From assembly GCA_017881915.1 (NCBI GenBank), contig JADGQK010000001.1, positions 2,889 to 66,888 of the forward strand: a stretch of DNA of 64,000 nucleotides. Reading direction: 5' to 3'. How positions within the stretch are numbered: position 1 is the stretch's first letter; the number at the start of each line of letters is the position of its first letter. The DNA is from Chloroflexota bacterium (GTDB lineage: Bacteria; Chloroflexota; Limnocylindria; Limnocylindrales; CSP1-4). A program made the translations under genes and the position numbers. Positions 1-8,526 of this stretch are shown in pieces. The notes beneath the pieces were generated by a model. The model was not told where the DNA came from, did not search any database, and was given only the letters and a program-made list of their open reading frames with translations.

Positions 1-782
1 ATCATCGCCCCGATGTTCTCGGCGGCCGTCGATTCGAACAGGTCGGCGCCGCGGCCGGCGCAGTCGCCCACGTTGTCGCCAACCAGGTCGGCGATCACGC
101 CCGCGTTGCGCGGATCGTCCTCGGGAATGCCCGCCTCGACCTTGCCCACCAGGTCGGACCCCACGTCGGCGGCTTTCGTGTAGATCCCGCCACCGAGCTG
201 GGCGAAGAGTGCCACGAACGACGCGCCGAAGCCGTAGCCCACGATCAGGAACGGCGCCTCCTCGGGGTGGTCGAAGCCACCGAAGGCGACGAACATGAAG
301 TAGACGCCCAGCAGCGACAGGGCGACCACGAGGAAGCCCGAGACCGCCCCGCCGCGCATCGCGACCTGGACCGCCTCAACCAGGCTGCGCCGGGCGGCGG
401 CAGCCGTCCGTACGTTCGCCTTGACGCTGATGAACATGCCGATGATGCCGGAGGCCATCGAGCAGGCGGCGCCGACCAGGAACGCGACCCCGGTCCGCCA
501 GCCGAGATCGAAGCCGTTGAACTGGGTGTCGGCGACCTGCTTCGTGACGAGGGCGGTGATCACCCCCGTGATGACCACGGCACCGACGAGAGCAAAGATC
601 CCGATCGTTGAATACTGCCGCCGGATGAAGGCGACCGCGCCCTCGAAGATGGTTCCGGCGACCTCCTGCATCTCCTTGGTGCCGGCATCCCGGCGAAGGA
701 CGTCGCGGGCCAGATAAAGCGCGAAGAGGACTGCGATCAGGCCCGAAGGCAGGATGATCAGCTTGAGAGTTGAAGCGTCCAT
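1..782 (-). CDS. hppA: Membrane-bound H+/Na+-translocating pyrophosphatase, N-terminal ~260 aa (gene continues past the left window edge)
   Basis: My reverse translation from the ATG (complement of 780-782) gives [28 protein letters not shown]... Near the edge it reads ...[44 protein letters not shown], which contains the DNVGDCAG motif typical of M-PPases. A GGAGGAG lies ~12 nt upstream. It is absent from the ORF track because there is no stop codon inside the window. Confidence 0.9.
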   Translation of the reverse strand, partial: [260 protein letters not shown]

Positions 783-1079
783 ACGCTTGAGCGACTCCTC
801 CTGGGCACGTGACCCGGAGCGCGGACGATCTCGCACGGCGCTTCCGGGATGGCGACTGGCCGCCGGGTGGCCCGCTTGCAGGCGGGGACGAAACATTGCA
901 GACCGCCGCCGAGTGTAGCAAGCGCCTCGATACCGGGTCAAACCGCCCGGCGATGCCGGGTTATGCACTCACCTGGACGGATTCTTCGTTGTTGAGGGGA
1001 GCCAAGCGGTCCTGGAGCCCTGGGTCAAGCTCGACGCTGAGCTTCATCCCGCCGCGGAAGAGAGGCCGGGGCGGCTGGC

Positions 1080-1685
1080 ATGCACACCGCCTATACTGCC
1101 GGACTTGTGAGTAAGCGCCCGTTCGGGTGTCTGTTCGAGGTCATCGAGACACTCGTCCTGACGCTCGTCATCTTCCTCGTCATCCAGAACTTCGTGGCCC
1201 AGCCATACCTCGTTCAGCAGATGTCGATGGAGAACTCGCTCGAGCCCGGCAACTACGTCCTGGTCGACAAGCTCACGCCCCATTTCGACGACTACAACCG
1301 GGGCGATGTCATCGTCTTTTCGCCACCAACCGGCTTCGAGGATGGCGGCACGACCCCGTTCATCAAACGGGTGATCGGGGAGCCCGGCGACAGCGTCTCG
1401 ATCCACGACGGAAAGGTCTGGGTGAACGGTGCTGCCCTGGTCGAGCCGTACGTCTTCGAGGGCCAGCCGACCGACCCGCCGGTGGCTCAGAGCGTCTGGG
1501 TGGTCCCGGCGGGCGAGCTGTTCGTCCTCGGCGATCACCGGGCCGCCTCGCAGGATTCACGCGTCTTCGGGATGATCCAGAAGGCATCGGTGATCGGCCG
1601 GGCCTGGTTGCGCTACTGGCCGTTCGACGGTTTCGGCATCCTCCAGACACCCGCCTACCCTGGGGTCCCCGCGGCCGCCCCATGA
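1080..1685 (+). CDS. lepB: Signal peptidase I
   Basis: The 201-aa ORF has an N-terminal TM segment, a catalytic Ser box (QQMSMENSL), a Lys box (FIKRVIGEPGD) and GDHRAASQDSR near the C-terminus. An alternative in-frame GTG at 1107 lies 9 nt after a TATACT hexamer (1092-1097), so the start is uncertain. Confidence 0.9.
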   Translation: MHTAYTAGLVSKRPFGCLFEVIETLVLTLVIFLVIQNFVAQPYLVQQMSMENSLEPGNYVLVDKLTPHFDDYNRGDVIVFSPPTGFEDGGTTPFIKRVIGEPGDSVSIHDGKVWVNGAALVEPYVFEGQPTDPPVAQSVWVVPAGELFVLGDHRAASQDSRVFGMIQKASVIGRAWLRYWPFDGFGILQTPAYPGVPAAAP

Positions 1686-1686
1686 G

Positions 1687-2673
1687 GTGGCGCCGGTGAG
1701 TCCGTTCCAATTCGGGGCGGGGCTCGTCGTATTGGCCGGCGCAATCCTGGCCTTGTCCGCCCGCGATACGCGGCTGGTCCTCGGTGGGCTGGTCGCCACC
1801 CTGGGGCTCGCGCCGGTCATCGCCGAGCCGATCCCCTCACCCATCGCAATCGCGGCCCGATTCCTGGCCGCCCTGCTCGGCGCCGAGCTCCTCCTCGTGG
1901 TCCTGCGAAGATCAGCAGGCCGGACGCGGAGCGCGGGCCTCGGCCCGCTCAGTACCGCCCTGGCCGCGGCAGCCGCGTGTGTGGTCGGCTATACGACATC
2001 GGGTGTCGGCGCACCGGCGCTTGGGCCGCCCGTGGCGACCGCCATCGGGTTCGGGTTGGCCACGCTCGCGCTCGGCCCGCTCCTCCTCGGCCGGGATGTC
2101 CTCCGGATCGGGCTCGGGATGGCCCTCCTGGTCACCGCGGCTCAGCTGATCCGGACCGGCCTGGCTGGAACGCCTGGATCCCTCGAGCAGGTCGTGTCCG
2201 CCGGCCTGACGGTCGCACTGCTCGGGACGACGGCCGCGATCGCCGCAAGCGCCCTGGCCGCCGGCCACGATCTATCGGTTGAACCGATGGCGCCCCGAGA
2301 GACCCTGTTCGAGGCTCACCCGCTGGCCACCTCGGCGGCCGACCGTGGGCGTCGAACCCCCGCCGATCGAGGGGCCGACGCAGCACGGGCCGGCCGGGGA
2401 CAGGACTCCAGCCGCCATGGCCGCGGCCCGGCGGCCCGGCCGCGGCGGGACGTGGCGGCCCACCAGCTGACGCTCGAAGAGCGACTCCGGTTGGCGACTC
2501 CGCCCGAATCCGGCGACCAACCCGAGCCGGCCGCCGCCCTGCCTGGGGCCGCCACCGTCCCGATCGCGCCCGCGGCTGCCGAGGACGGGCTCGCCCTGCC
2601 CGAGCGGACTGCCGGCCCCGCCGCGGCTGCCGAGGACACCTCCGCCCCCGCAGGGGGAGACCAGCCCGGGTGA
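1687..2673 (+). CDS. Polytopic membrane protein (about 6 hydrophobic segments, weakly NuoK/NuoJ-like) with a ~120-aa Pro/Ala/Arg-rich, probably disordered C-terminal tail
   Basis: A GTG start lies 1 nt after the lepB stop. The N-terminal 210 aa are strongly hydrophobic (LVVLAGAILAL.., LRIGLGMALLVTAAQLIRTG). The stop overlaps the start of the next gene (GTGA at 2670-2673). Confidence 0.6.
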   Translation: MAPVSPFQFGAGLVVLAGAILALSARDTRLVLGGLVATLGLAPVIAEPIPSPIAIAARFLAALLGAELLLVVLRRSAGRTRSAGLGPLSTALAAAAACVVGYTTSGVGAPALGPPVATAIGFGLATLALGPLLLGRDVLRIGLGMALLVTAAQLIRTGLAGTPGSLEQVVSAGLTVALLGTTAAIAASALAAGHDLSVEPMAPRETLFEAHPLATSAADRGRRTPADRGADAARAGRGQDSSRHGRGPAARPRRDVAAHQLTLEERLRLATPPESGDQPEPAAALPGAATVPIAPAAAEDGLALPERTAGPAAAAEDTSAPAGGDQPG

Positions 2674-4130
2674 GCCTCCTGCCCTTCCTCCTGATCGCCT
2701 TTGCGGCGGCAGCTGCCTGCCTCGTCGCGCGCCAGCAGACGTCCCTGGAGATTCCGATCGGCCTGGGCGGCCTCCTGCTCGCGACGATCGGGGCGCTCGT
2801 GATCGTGCCCGGCGACCAGCTCGAGCTGGGCCGCGGGGACGTGCTCGTTGGCACGGCGTACGGGCGGCTGTTCCTGGTTCTCGGATCGGCCATGGGGCTT
2901 CTCCTGTGCGTGGTGGCACTGGCCACCACCTGGCAATCGAACCTGCCCGCGGCGATCCTGGTGGGCCTCGGCGGAATCGGAATCGCCCTGTCCGTGCCCG
3001 ATCCCCTGATCGCGATCATGGTCCTGCTCGGTTCGTCGATCGCGGGCTCGCTCGTGATGTTGAACGCTTCGGTCACCGCCTCGGACCTGCAGGTCGTGCT
3101 TCGTCACGTCCGCGCGATCGTCCTGGCCGGCGCCATGGCGATCGTGGCAATCGCCTGGGCCACCCCCTCGGGTGGGGGCATCGGCGGTGACCCGGAAGCG
3201 TTGGGTCTGGCCGACCTTGCGATCGTGCTGGCGGTGGCGGTCCGTTTCGGCGCGATCCCGTTCCATCGGCCGGTAGCCCGCCTGACCGACAGGGCGCCGG
3301 GTACGGCGATCCCCCTCCTGCTGGTGTGGGGCCCAGCTGCATTGGCGGTCGTCGTCCTCGGCGCGACAGACGGATCGACGGTGGCGCTACTCGTGCCGTC
3401 CGGGATCGGCCGAGCGCTGATCGTCACGATCGCGACGACCAGCCTGCTGCTGGGCGCGATCGGGGCATGGCTCCAGGACGACCTTGAGCACGTCGTCGGC
3501 TACTCCGTCGTTCAGGACGCCGGGTTCGTCCTGCTCGGTCTCGCGATCGCCGGCCCCGCCGCCCACGAGCCGGCCCGCGCCTGGCTGCTCGTCCTGATCG
3601 CTGCCAAGACGGCGTTCGCAGCCTGGGCGACCGTCGTCGGGGCCCGTTTTCGGACGGCTCGCCTGCCCGAGCTGAGCGGCTGGGGGCGGCGCTCGCCGCT
3701 GCTCGCGGTCGCCCTCGTCGGGATCGCGCTGGGCACGCTCGGCGCGCCGGGCCTGCTGGCCTGGAACGTCCGCGTTGAACTGGCACAGGGCGCCGCCGGC
3801 GAGCCGCTGGAGGCCGTCTTGTTGATCGGAGGGTTTGCGGGCCTCGCGTACTACGGTCGGATCCTCGCGATCGGGCTTGGGCGGCCGAGCCTGCTGGTCG
3901 GGGCCGCCCCCGGCGACCGCCCGGTGGCCACCGGGCGCGGCCGGACAGCGTCCGAAGGCCTGCGAGCCGGCTGGAGGGCGAACCAGGCGCCGGTCGCAGC
4001 AGGCCTGGTCCTGGTCCTCGTCCTGATCACCGTCGTCGTAGCCGCCGGTGGCTTCGGCGGCCCGGCCGCGGCCCGCGCGGCCGGGCCGCAGGCGAGTCCG
4101 GCCGCTCCGCTGGTCTCACCGACAACCTGA
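2670..4130 (+). CDS. Divergent proton-conducting antiporter-like membrane subunit (NuoN/NuoM/MnhD, PF00361-type)
   Basis: This is a 486-aa polytopic protein. AVRFGAIPFHRPVARL resembles the family K-x-G-x-x-PFH-x-W-L-P motif, with the Lys position occupied by Arg. HVVGYSVVQDAGFVLLGLAI resembles the AYSSI.H.G..LLGL motif. Confidence 0.7.
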   Translation: MSLLPFLLIAFAAAAACLVARQQTSLEIPIGLGGLLLATIGALVIVPGDQLELGRGDVLVGTAYGRLFLVLGSAMGLLLCVVALATTWQSNLPAAILVGLGGIGIALSVPDPLIAIMVLLGSSIAGSLVMLNASVTASDLQVVLRHVRAIVLAGAMAIVAIAWATPSGGGIGGDPEALGLADLAIVLAVAVRFGAIPFHRPVARLTDRAPGTAIPLLLVWGPAALAVVVLGATDGSTVALLVPSGIGRALIVTIATTSLLLGAIGAWLQDDLEHVVGYSVVQDAGFVLLGLAIAGPAAHEPARAWLLVLIAAKTAFAAWATVVGARFRTARLPELSGWGRRSPLLAVALVGIALGTLGAPGLLAWNVRVELAQGAAGEPLEAVLLIGGFAGLAYYGRILAIGLGRPSLLVGAAPGDRPVATGRGRTASEGLRAGWRANQAPVAAGLVLVLVLITVVVAAGGFGGPAAARAAGPQASPAAPLVSPTT

Positions 4131-4184
4131 GCCGACGCAATCCGCTCCGCCTGGGCGATCGCGCGCGCCCAGGCGACCCGGGCG

Positions 4185-4658
4185 TTACTCGGCCGCCGCG
4201 ACGATCCAGCGATCGATGTCGCGCGGGTAGGCGACCAGCTCCGCGGGCCTGAACCAGAGCGCCAGCTCGGCAGCGGCCGTGCCCGGCCCGTCCGACGCGT
4301 GGACGATGTTCTCGGCCACCTCGAGGGCAAAGTCAGCGCGGATCGTGCCCGGCGCTGCTTCCCACGGCCGGGTGGCACCGTTCATCGCCCGCACGACGCT
4401 GATCGCGTTCGGGCCCTCGAGGGCGAGGGCGACGAGCGGGCCCGAGATGATGAATTCGACGAGGCCGGCGAAGAACGGCTTGTCGCGGTGGACGGCGTAG
4501 TGGCGCTCGGCAAGCTCGCGATCAACCTGGACGAGCTTGAGGCCGACCAGCTTCAGGCCACGCTCCTCGTAGCGGACGAGGATCCGGCCGACGAGCAGGC
4601 GCTGGACGCCATCGGGCTTGATCAGGACGAGGGTTTGTTCGGTCACTGGCGCGATCAC
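4185..4658 (-). CDS. ndk: Nucleoside diphosphate kinase
   Basis: The ORF reads TEQTLVLIKPDGVQRLLVGRILVRYEERGLKLVGLK...NIVHASDGP, which includes the active-site His. The track ORF (to 4820) has an Arg/Pro-rich extension with no similarity. I trimmed it to the GTG at 4658 (VIAPVTEQT); the start is accurate to within a few codons. Confidence 0.9.
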   Translation of the reverse strand: MIAPVTEQTLVLIKPDGVQRLLVGRILVRYEERGLKLVGLKLVQVDRELAERHYAVHRDKPFFAGLVEFIISGPLVALALEGPNAISVVRAMNGATRPWEAAPGTIRADFALEVAENIVHASDGPGTAAAELALWFRPAELVAYPRDIDRWIVAAAE

Positions 4659-4758
4659 CTTGCTGCAGGACGTGGGATGAAGCGAGCCGCCGAACAATAG
4701 CGCAGGCGGCGCCGAACTCCCTGGCCGAGCGGGGCACGACGGTCGGGCAGGGTGCCGT

Positions 4759-5838
4759 TCAACCCTCGTGTGACGGAATGGCGGCGGGCTGGTCGTCCAA
4801 CTGGGCGGCAGCCGCAGCATAGGCGAGACGAGCGTCCCGCTCGCGGCCGACCAACCGCAGTGCGTCTCCCCGGACCACTTCGAGCGACGGGCCGCTCAGA
4901 TCCGCCAGTGTCTCGAGCACCGCCGGGGCTAGCGCAGGCGCGAGGCGAAGCACCACCGCGAGGCGGATAGCGCCGGCCGATGAGCGTCCGGCACGAAGGT
5001 CCTCGCCGGCGGCCTCGAGCTCATCGGCCGGTTCAGGCAGTTGCGTCCCGTCCCGGTCCGGGGCAGGCCCGTCGGTTGCCGGCAGCATCTCGGCATCGGG
5101 CCACAGGGTGGGCGCGTTCTGCTCGTCCGGGACCCCGCGCATTGGGGCGACCTGGGAACCGGCCGGACCGTCGGGGAAGTTTCGACCCGACGACGCAGCG
5201 GCCTCGCCGGCCAGCTCAGCACCGATCCCGGCCGCGAGCCGGTCGAGGACGGCGGCACCGGTCACGCCGGCCATCCCGGCCGAGGAACCAGGCCGGGGAC
5301 TTCCGAACAACGTTCCGGCCGGCTCTCCGGCCATTGCGCTCGTGGCTGGCCAGTACGAGCTCGGCCGGATCCCCTGGAAGATCGAGTCGAGGGCGACATC
5401 CCCCCGGGCAAGGGCGCGCGTGGCGAGCCGGCGGGCCTCCGTCGACCGGCCCAGCGAAGCCGTCGCCTCGGTCGCGATCACCAGGGCCAGCGTGTCCTCG
5501 CGACCGGTCGCGAAATAGGCGGCCGCGGCCTCGCCCGCACCCGTGACGTCGTCGGTCCGCCAGCGGACCTCGGCCAGGTCGAGCAGGGCGGCATCGTCGA
5601 GCTCACCCCGACCCGCGCTCGTCTCGAGCTCCGCCCGGGCGAGCGCGAGGACGCCGGTCCGCAGATGGATCGCCGCGAGGCGCAGCTCGAGCGGTCGGTC
5701 GGCGGCTGCGGGCAGGGCCGGCGGCTGCGGCTCGGATTGTGGGTTGGGCTCCCGGACGGGTCCCGGCGGGCGTTCAGGCTCGGGCTCGGGCTGCGGCTCG
5801 GACTCGGGTGCCAAGGGCGGGCTGCCCTCGCTCGTCAT
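4759..5838 (-). CDS. Hypothetical Ala-rich helical-repeat (TPR-like) protein with a Pro/Glu-rich N-terminus
   Basis: The ATG at 5838 lies 4 nt downstream of the stop of the M16 peptidase gene (5843). The track ORF start at 5973 would overlap that gene by 130 nt. Low-complexity composition lowers confidence. Confidence 0.55.
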   Translation of the reverse strand: MTSEGSPPLAPESEPQPEPEPERPPGPVREPNPQSEPQPPALPAAADRPLELRLAAIHLRTGVLALARAELETSAGRGELDDAALLDLAEVRWRTDDVTGAGEAAAAYFATGREDTLALVIATEATASLGRSTEARRLATRALARGDVALDSIFQGIRPSSYWPATSAMAGEPAGTLFGSPRPGSSAGMAGVTGAAVLDRLAAGIGAELAGEAAASSGRNFPDGPAGSQVAPMRGVPDEQNAPTLWPDAEMLPATDGPAPDRDGTQLPEPADELEAAGEDLRAGRSSAGAIRLAVVLRLAPALAPAVLETLADLSGPSLEVVRGDALRLVGRERDARLAYAAAAAQLDDQPAAIPSHEG

Positions 5839-5842
5839 GAGA

Positions 5843-7111
5843 CTAGGCGCCGAGACGGAGCGCGTCATCAAGGCGCTCGCCGTGGCGCGGCGGCGCGACG
5901 ACCGCCATCCGGAGCAGCTCGTCCCGGAACAGCTCGCCGGCGACCCGCTGGACATCCTGGGGCCCGACCGCATCGATTGCGGCGAGCGCCTCCTCGAGAG
6001 TCAGCACCCGATCGTGGAGCGCCAGCTGGCCGCCCAGCCACGAAGCGACGTGGCGCGAGTCGTCCATCCTCAGCTCGAGCCCGCCAGACAGGTAGGCCTT
6101 CGCCCGGGACAGCTCATCGGCCGGGACGAGCTCATCGCGCAGGCGCTGCAGCTCGGCCAGGATCGCCTCGAGGGCCGCTTCGAGCCCCTTTGGGTCGACC
6201 CCGGCATAGATGGACAGCGAGCCGGCGTCGGCATACTCGGTGACGCCTGAACCCACGTCGTAGGCCAGGCCGCGCTCCTCGCGGACCGACAGGAATAACC
6301 GGCTGCTCATCCCGTCGCCGAGGACGCCATTGAGGACGGCGAGCGGCCAGGCATCCGGATGATCGCGGCGGTAGGCGGGCACGGCCAGGGCGAGCTGGGC
6401 CTGCGAGGCATCGCGATGGCCGAGCAGGTAACGCTCGCCGGCCGGCAGGACCGGGGCCGGGGTGTAGGCCGTCCGCGCGCCGTCGCCCCGGCCGAAGCTC
6501 GGCCCGGCGAGCGCCAGCGCCATGTCGTGGTCGAGATCACCGGCGAGGGCCACCACGATGTTCGACGGCCGGTAGGTGGCGGCCCAGAAGTCGCGGATCG
6601 TCTGTTCCGGGAGGCTCCGGACGTCGGTCTCATCACCGCAGATCTCTCGACCGAGCGAGCCCCGGCCGAAGAGTGCCTGCTGGAGCAGGATCTGGGCGTA
6701 CTCGGAAGGATCATCGAGGTACGAACGGATCTCCTCGACGATCACCGTTCGCTCGTGGTCGATCTCGGCGTCCTCGAGGCGGGGCCGGACGATCAGCTCA
6801 CCCAGGACGGCCATCCCGCGGGCGGCCTCGCGGGCGGGGACGCGGACCCAGTAGACGGTCGACTCCCGCTCGGTGGCCGCGTTGAACGAGCCGCCCACGC
6901 CCTCGACCGCCTCGGAGATCGCGCGGGTCGTGGGATAGGCGGCCGTGCCCTTGAACGTGATGTGCTCCATGAAATGGGCAACGCCAGCCTGGCCCGGGCC
7001 CTCGTGGCGCGAACCGGCCAGGACGTACGCGGCGATCGAGACGGAGCGCGACCCGGGCACCCGGGCGCTGATCACGCGCGGCCCATCGGGCAGCGCCGTG
7101 CATTCAAACAT
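5843..7111 (-). CDS. M16-family (pitrilysin-like) zinc peptidase
   Basis: The inverted zinc motif HxxEH is present (GVAHFMEHITFKGT), with a downstream Glu-containing region. The 422-aa length is typical for this family. Confidence 0.9.
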   Translation of the reverse strand: MFECTALPDGPRVISARVPGSRSVSIAAYVLAGSRHEGPGQAGVAHFMEHITFKGTAAYPTTRAISEAVEGVGGSFNAATERESTVYWVRVPAREAARGMAVLGELIVRPRLEDAEIDHERTVIVEEIRSYLDDPSEYAQILLQQALFGRGSLGREICGDETDVRSLPEQTIRDFWAATYRPSNIVVALAGDLDHDMALALAGPSFGRGDGARTAYTPAPVLPAGERYLLGHRDASQAQLALAVPAYRRDHPDAWPLAVLNGVLGDGMSSRLFLSVREERGLAYDVGSGVTEYADAGSLSIYAGVDPKGLEAALEAILAELQRLRDELVPADELSRAKAYLSGGLELRMDDSRHVASWLGGQLALHDRVLTLEEALAAIDAVGPQDVQRVAGELFRDELLRMAVVAPPRHGERLDDALRLGA

Positions 7112-7168
7112 CCAAGGGATCGTACTTGATCGCAGGAGCGAAGCCGCCCCGCGGTTCCGCTGGTGGGC

Positions 7169-7597
7169 CTAGGCCTCGTCGCGCTCGAGACCCAGCAGCT
7201 CCATCTGGACGAAGCCGCTCGTGTCGAACTCGAGCTGGCGCGGAGCGAACGGCGACGGACCCGCACCCTCGATCGGGGCGAACTCGATGATCACCCGCTC
7301 ATCACCCTGGACCAGCGTGTAGACGATGAGTTGGTCGGGCCGCGTCTCGAACTCGAGATGCTCGAACGAGTCGATATTCAGGCAGATAGCCAGGGGCGTG
7401 AAGTAGGTCGAAACTTCGGGCTGGTCCATCACGATCCGCTCGACCCAGCCGGTGCCATGGGCGACCAGCTCACGGCCGCGCAGGAACCGGTAGGTCACGG
7501 TCTGCTTCAGGAGCGGTCGGAGGAGGTTCGAGAGGTCTGTCCGGCTCGAGACGATTCCGCGGTTGACGAAGAATTTCGCGGGCGGCACGGATGTCAC
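7169..7597 (-). CDS. Hypothetical protein (~142 aa)
   Basis: The composition looks like a normal globular protein (FFVNRGIVSSRTDLSNLLRPLLKQTVTYRFLRG...). I trimmed the Arg-rich N-terminal extension to the GTG at 7597. I do not recognise the family. Confidence 0.55.
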   Translation of the reverse strand: MTSVPPAKFFVNRGIVSSRTDLSNLLRPLLKQTVTYRFLRGRELVAHGTGWVERIVMDQPEVSTYFTPLAICLNIDSFEHLEFETRPDQLIVYTLVQGDERVIIEFAPIEGAGPSPFAPRQLEFDTSGFVQMELLGLERDEA

Positions 7598-7713
7598 GGC
7601 GGGCTCCTGCGCGGACCGGCATTCCGGGGCTCGACGGGCCGGGATCGACGGGTCGGAATCGTACTCCCCCGGCCGCCGACCGGTGCGGCATCCACGCCGC
7701 GTATCATCGGCTG

Positions 7714-8526
7714 ATGCTCCTGGCAATCGACATCGGCAACACGAACATCACGACCGGCCTGTTCCAGAACGGCCTGCTCGTGGCGACCCGCCGTGCGGCA
7801 ACGAACCGGGCGGCCACGCCCGACGAGCTCGAGCTCCTGATCGAGGGCCTGCTCGGGCTTGACATGCTCGACCTGCGCGGGATCGCGGCGATCGCCTGTG
7901 CCTCTGTCGTACCCAGCCTGACCGCAGCGATCGAGTCGATCGCCATCCGCCGCGATCTTGCCCTGGTCCTGGCGACCGCCGGCCACGTCCCGTTGCCGAT
8001 CCGGGTCGAGCGGCCCGATGAGGTCGGGGCAGACCGGCTGGTCAACGCCCTCGCCGCTGCGCGCCTGTATGGCACGCCGTCGGTCGTGGTCGACCTCGGG
8101 ACCGCGACGACGTTCGACGCGGTCGCTGCCGATGGCGCCTTTATCGGCGGGGCGATCGCCCCGGGACTCGAGCTGGGCCTCGAGGCGCTCGCCGCCCGCA
8201 CCTCGAAGCTGCCCCGGATCGATCTTCGCCAGCCGGACCGGGCAATCGCCCGGGACACGATCGGGGCAATCCAGGCCGGCAGCATCCTGGGCTACCAGGC
8301 CCTCGTCGGCGGTCTCCTCGCCCGGGTCCGGCGCGAGCTCGCCGACGCGGCCACGGTCGAGCCGGAGACAATCCTGGCGATCCTGACCGGGGGGCTTTCC
8401 CGGGCTTCATGGGCCGCCGGAATCGAGGGGATCAGCACGATCGATCCGGACCTCACCCTGAAGGGGCTGGCGATTCTCCATGCCGAGGTGACCGGCGGCG
8501 AGCCGATCGAGGCCGGTCTCGGATGA
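7714..8526 (+). CDS. coaX: Type III pantothenate kinase
   Basis: The sequence starts MLLAIDIGNTNITTGLFQNG, the typical CoaX N-terminal phosphate-1 motif, and also contains VVVDLGTATTFD. The ATG is at 7714; the track ORF start at 7591 is an Arg-rich extension. Confidence 0.9.
   Translation: MLLAIDIGNTNITTGLFQNGLLVATRRAATNRAATPDELELLIEGLLGLDMLDLRGIAAIACASVVPSLTAAIESIAIRRDLALVLATAGHVPLPIRVERPDEVGADRLVNALAAARLYGTPSVVVDLGTATTFDAVAADGAFIGGAIAPGLELGLEALAARTSKLPRIDLRQPDRAIARDTIGAIQAGSILGYQALVGGLLARVRRELADAATVEPETILAILTGGLSRASWAAGIEGISTIDPDLTLKGLAILHAEVTGGEPIEAGLG

Noticed and set aside
809-1114. A 101-aa ORF in the hppA-lepB intergenic region.
   Set aside because: It has an Arg/Gly/Pro-rich composition, overlaps the lepB start, and has no RBS or family resemblance. 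The region is better explained as a divergent promoter region.
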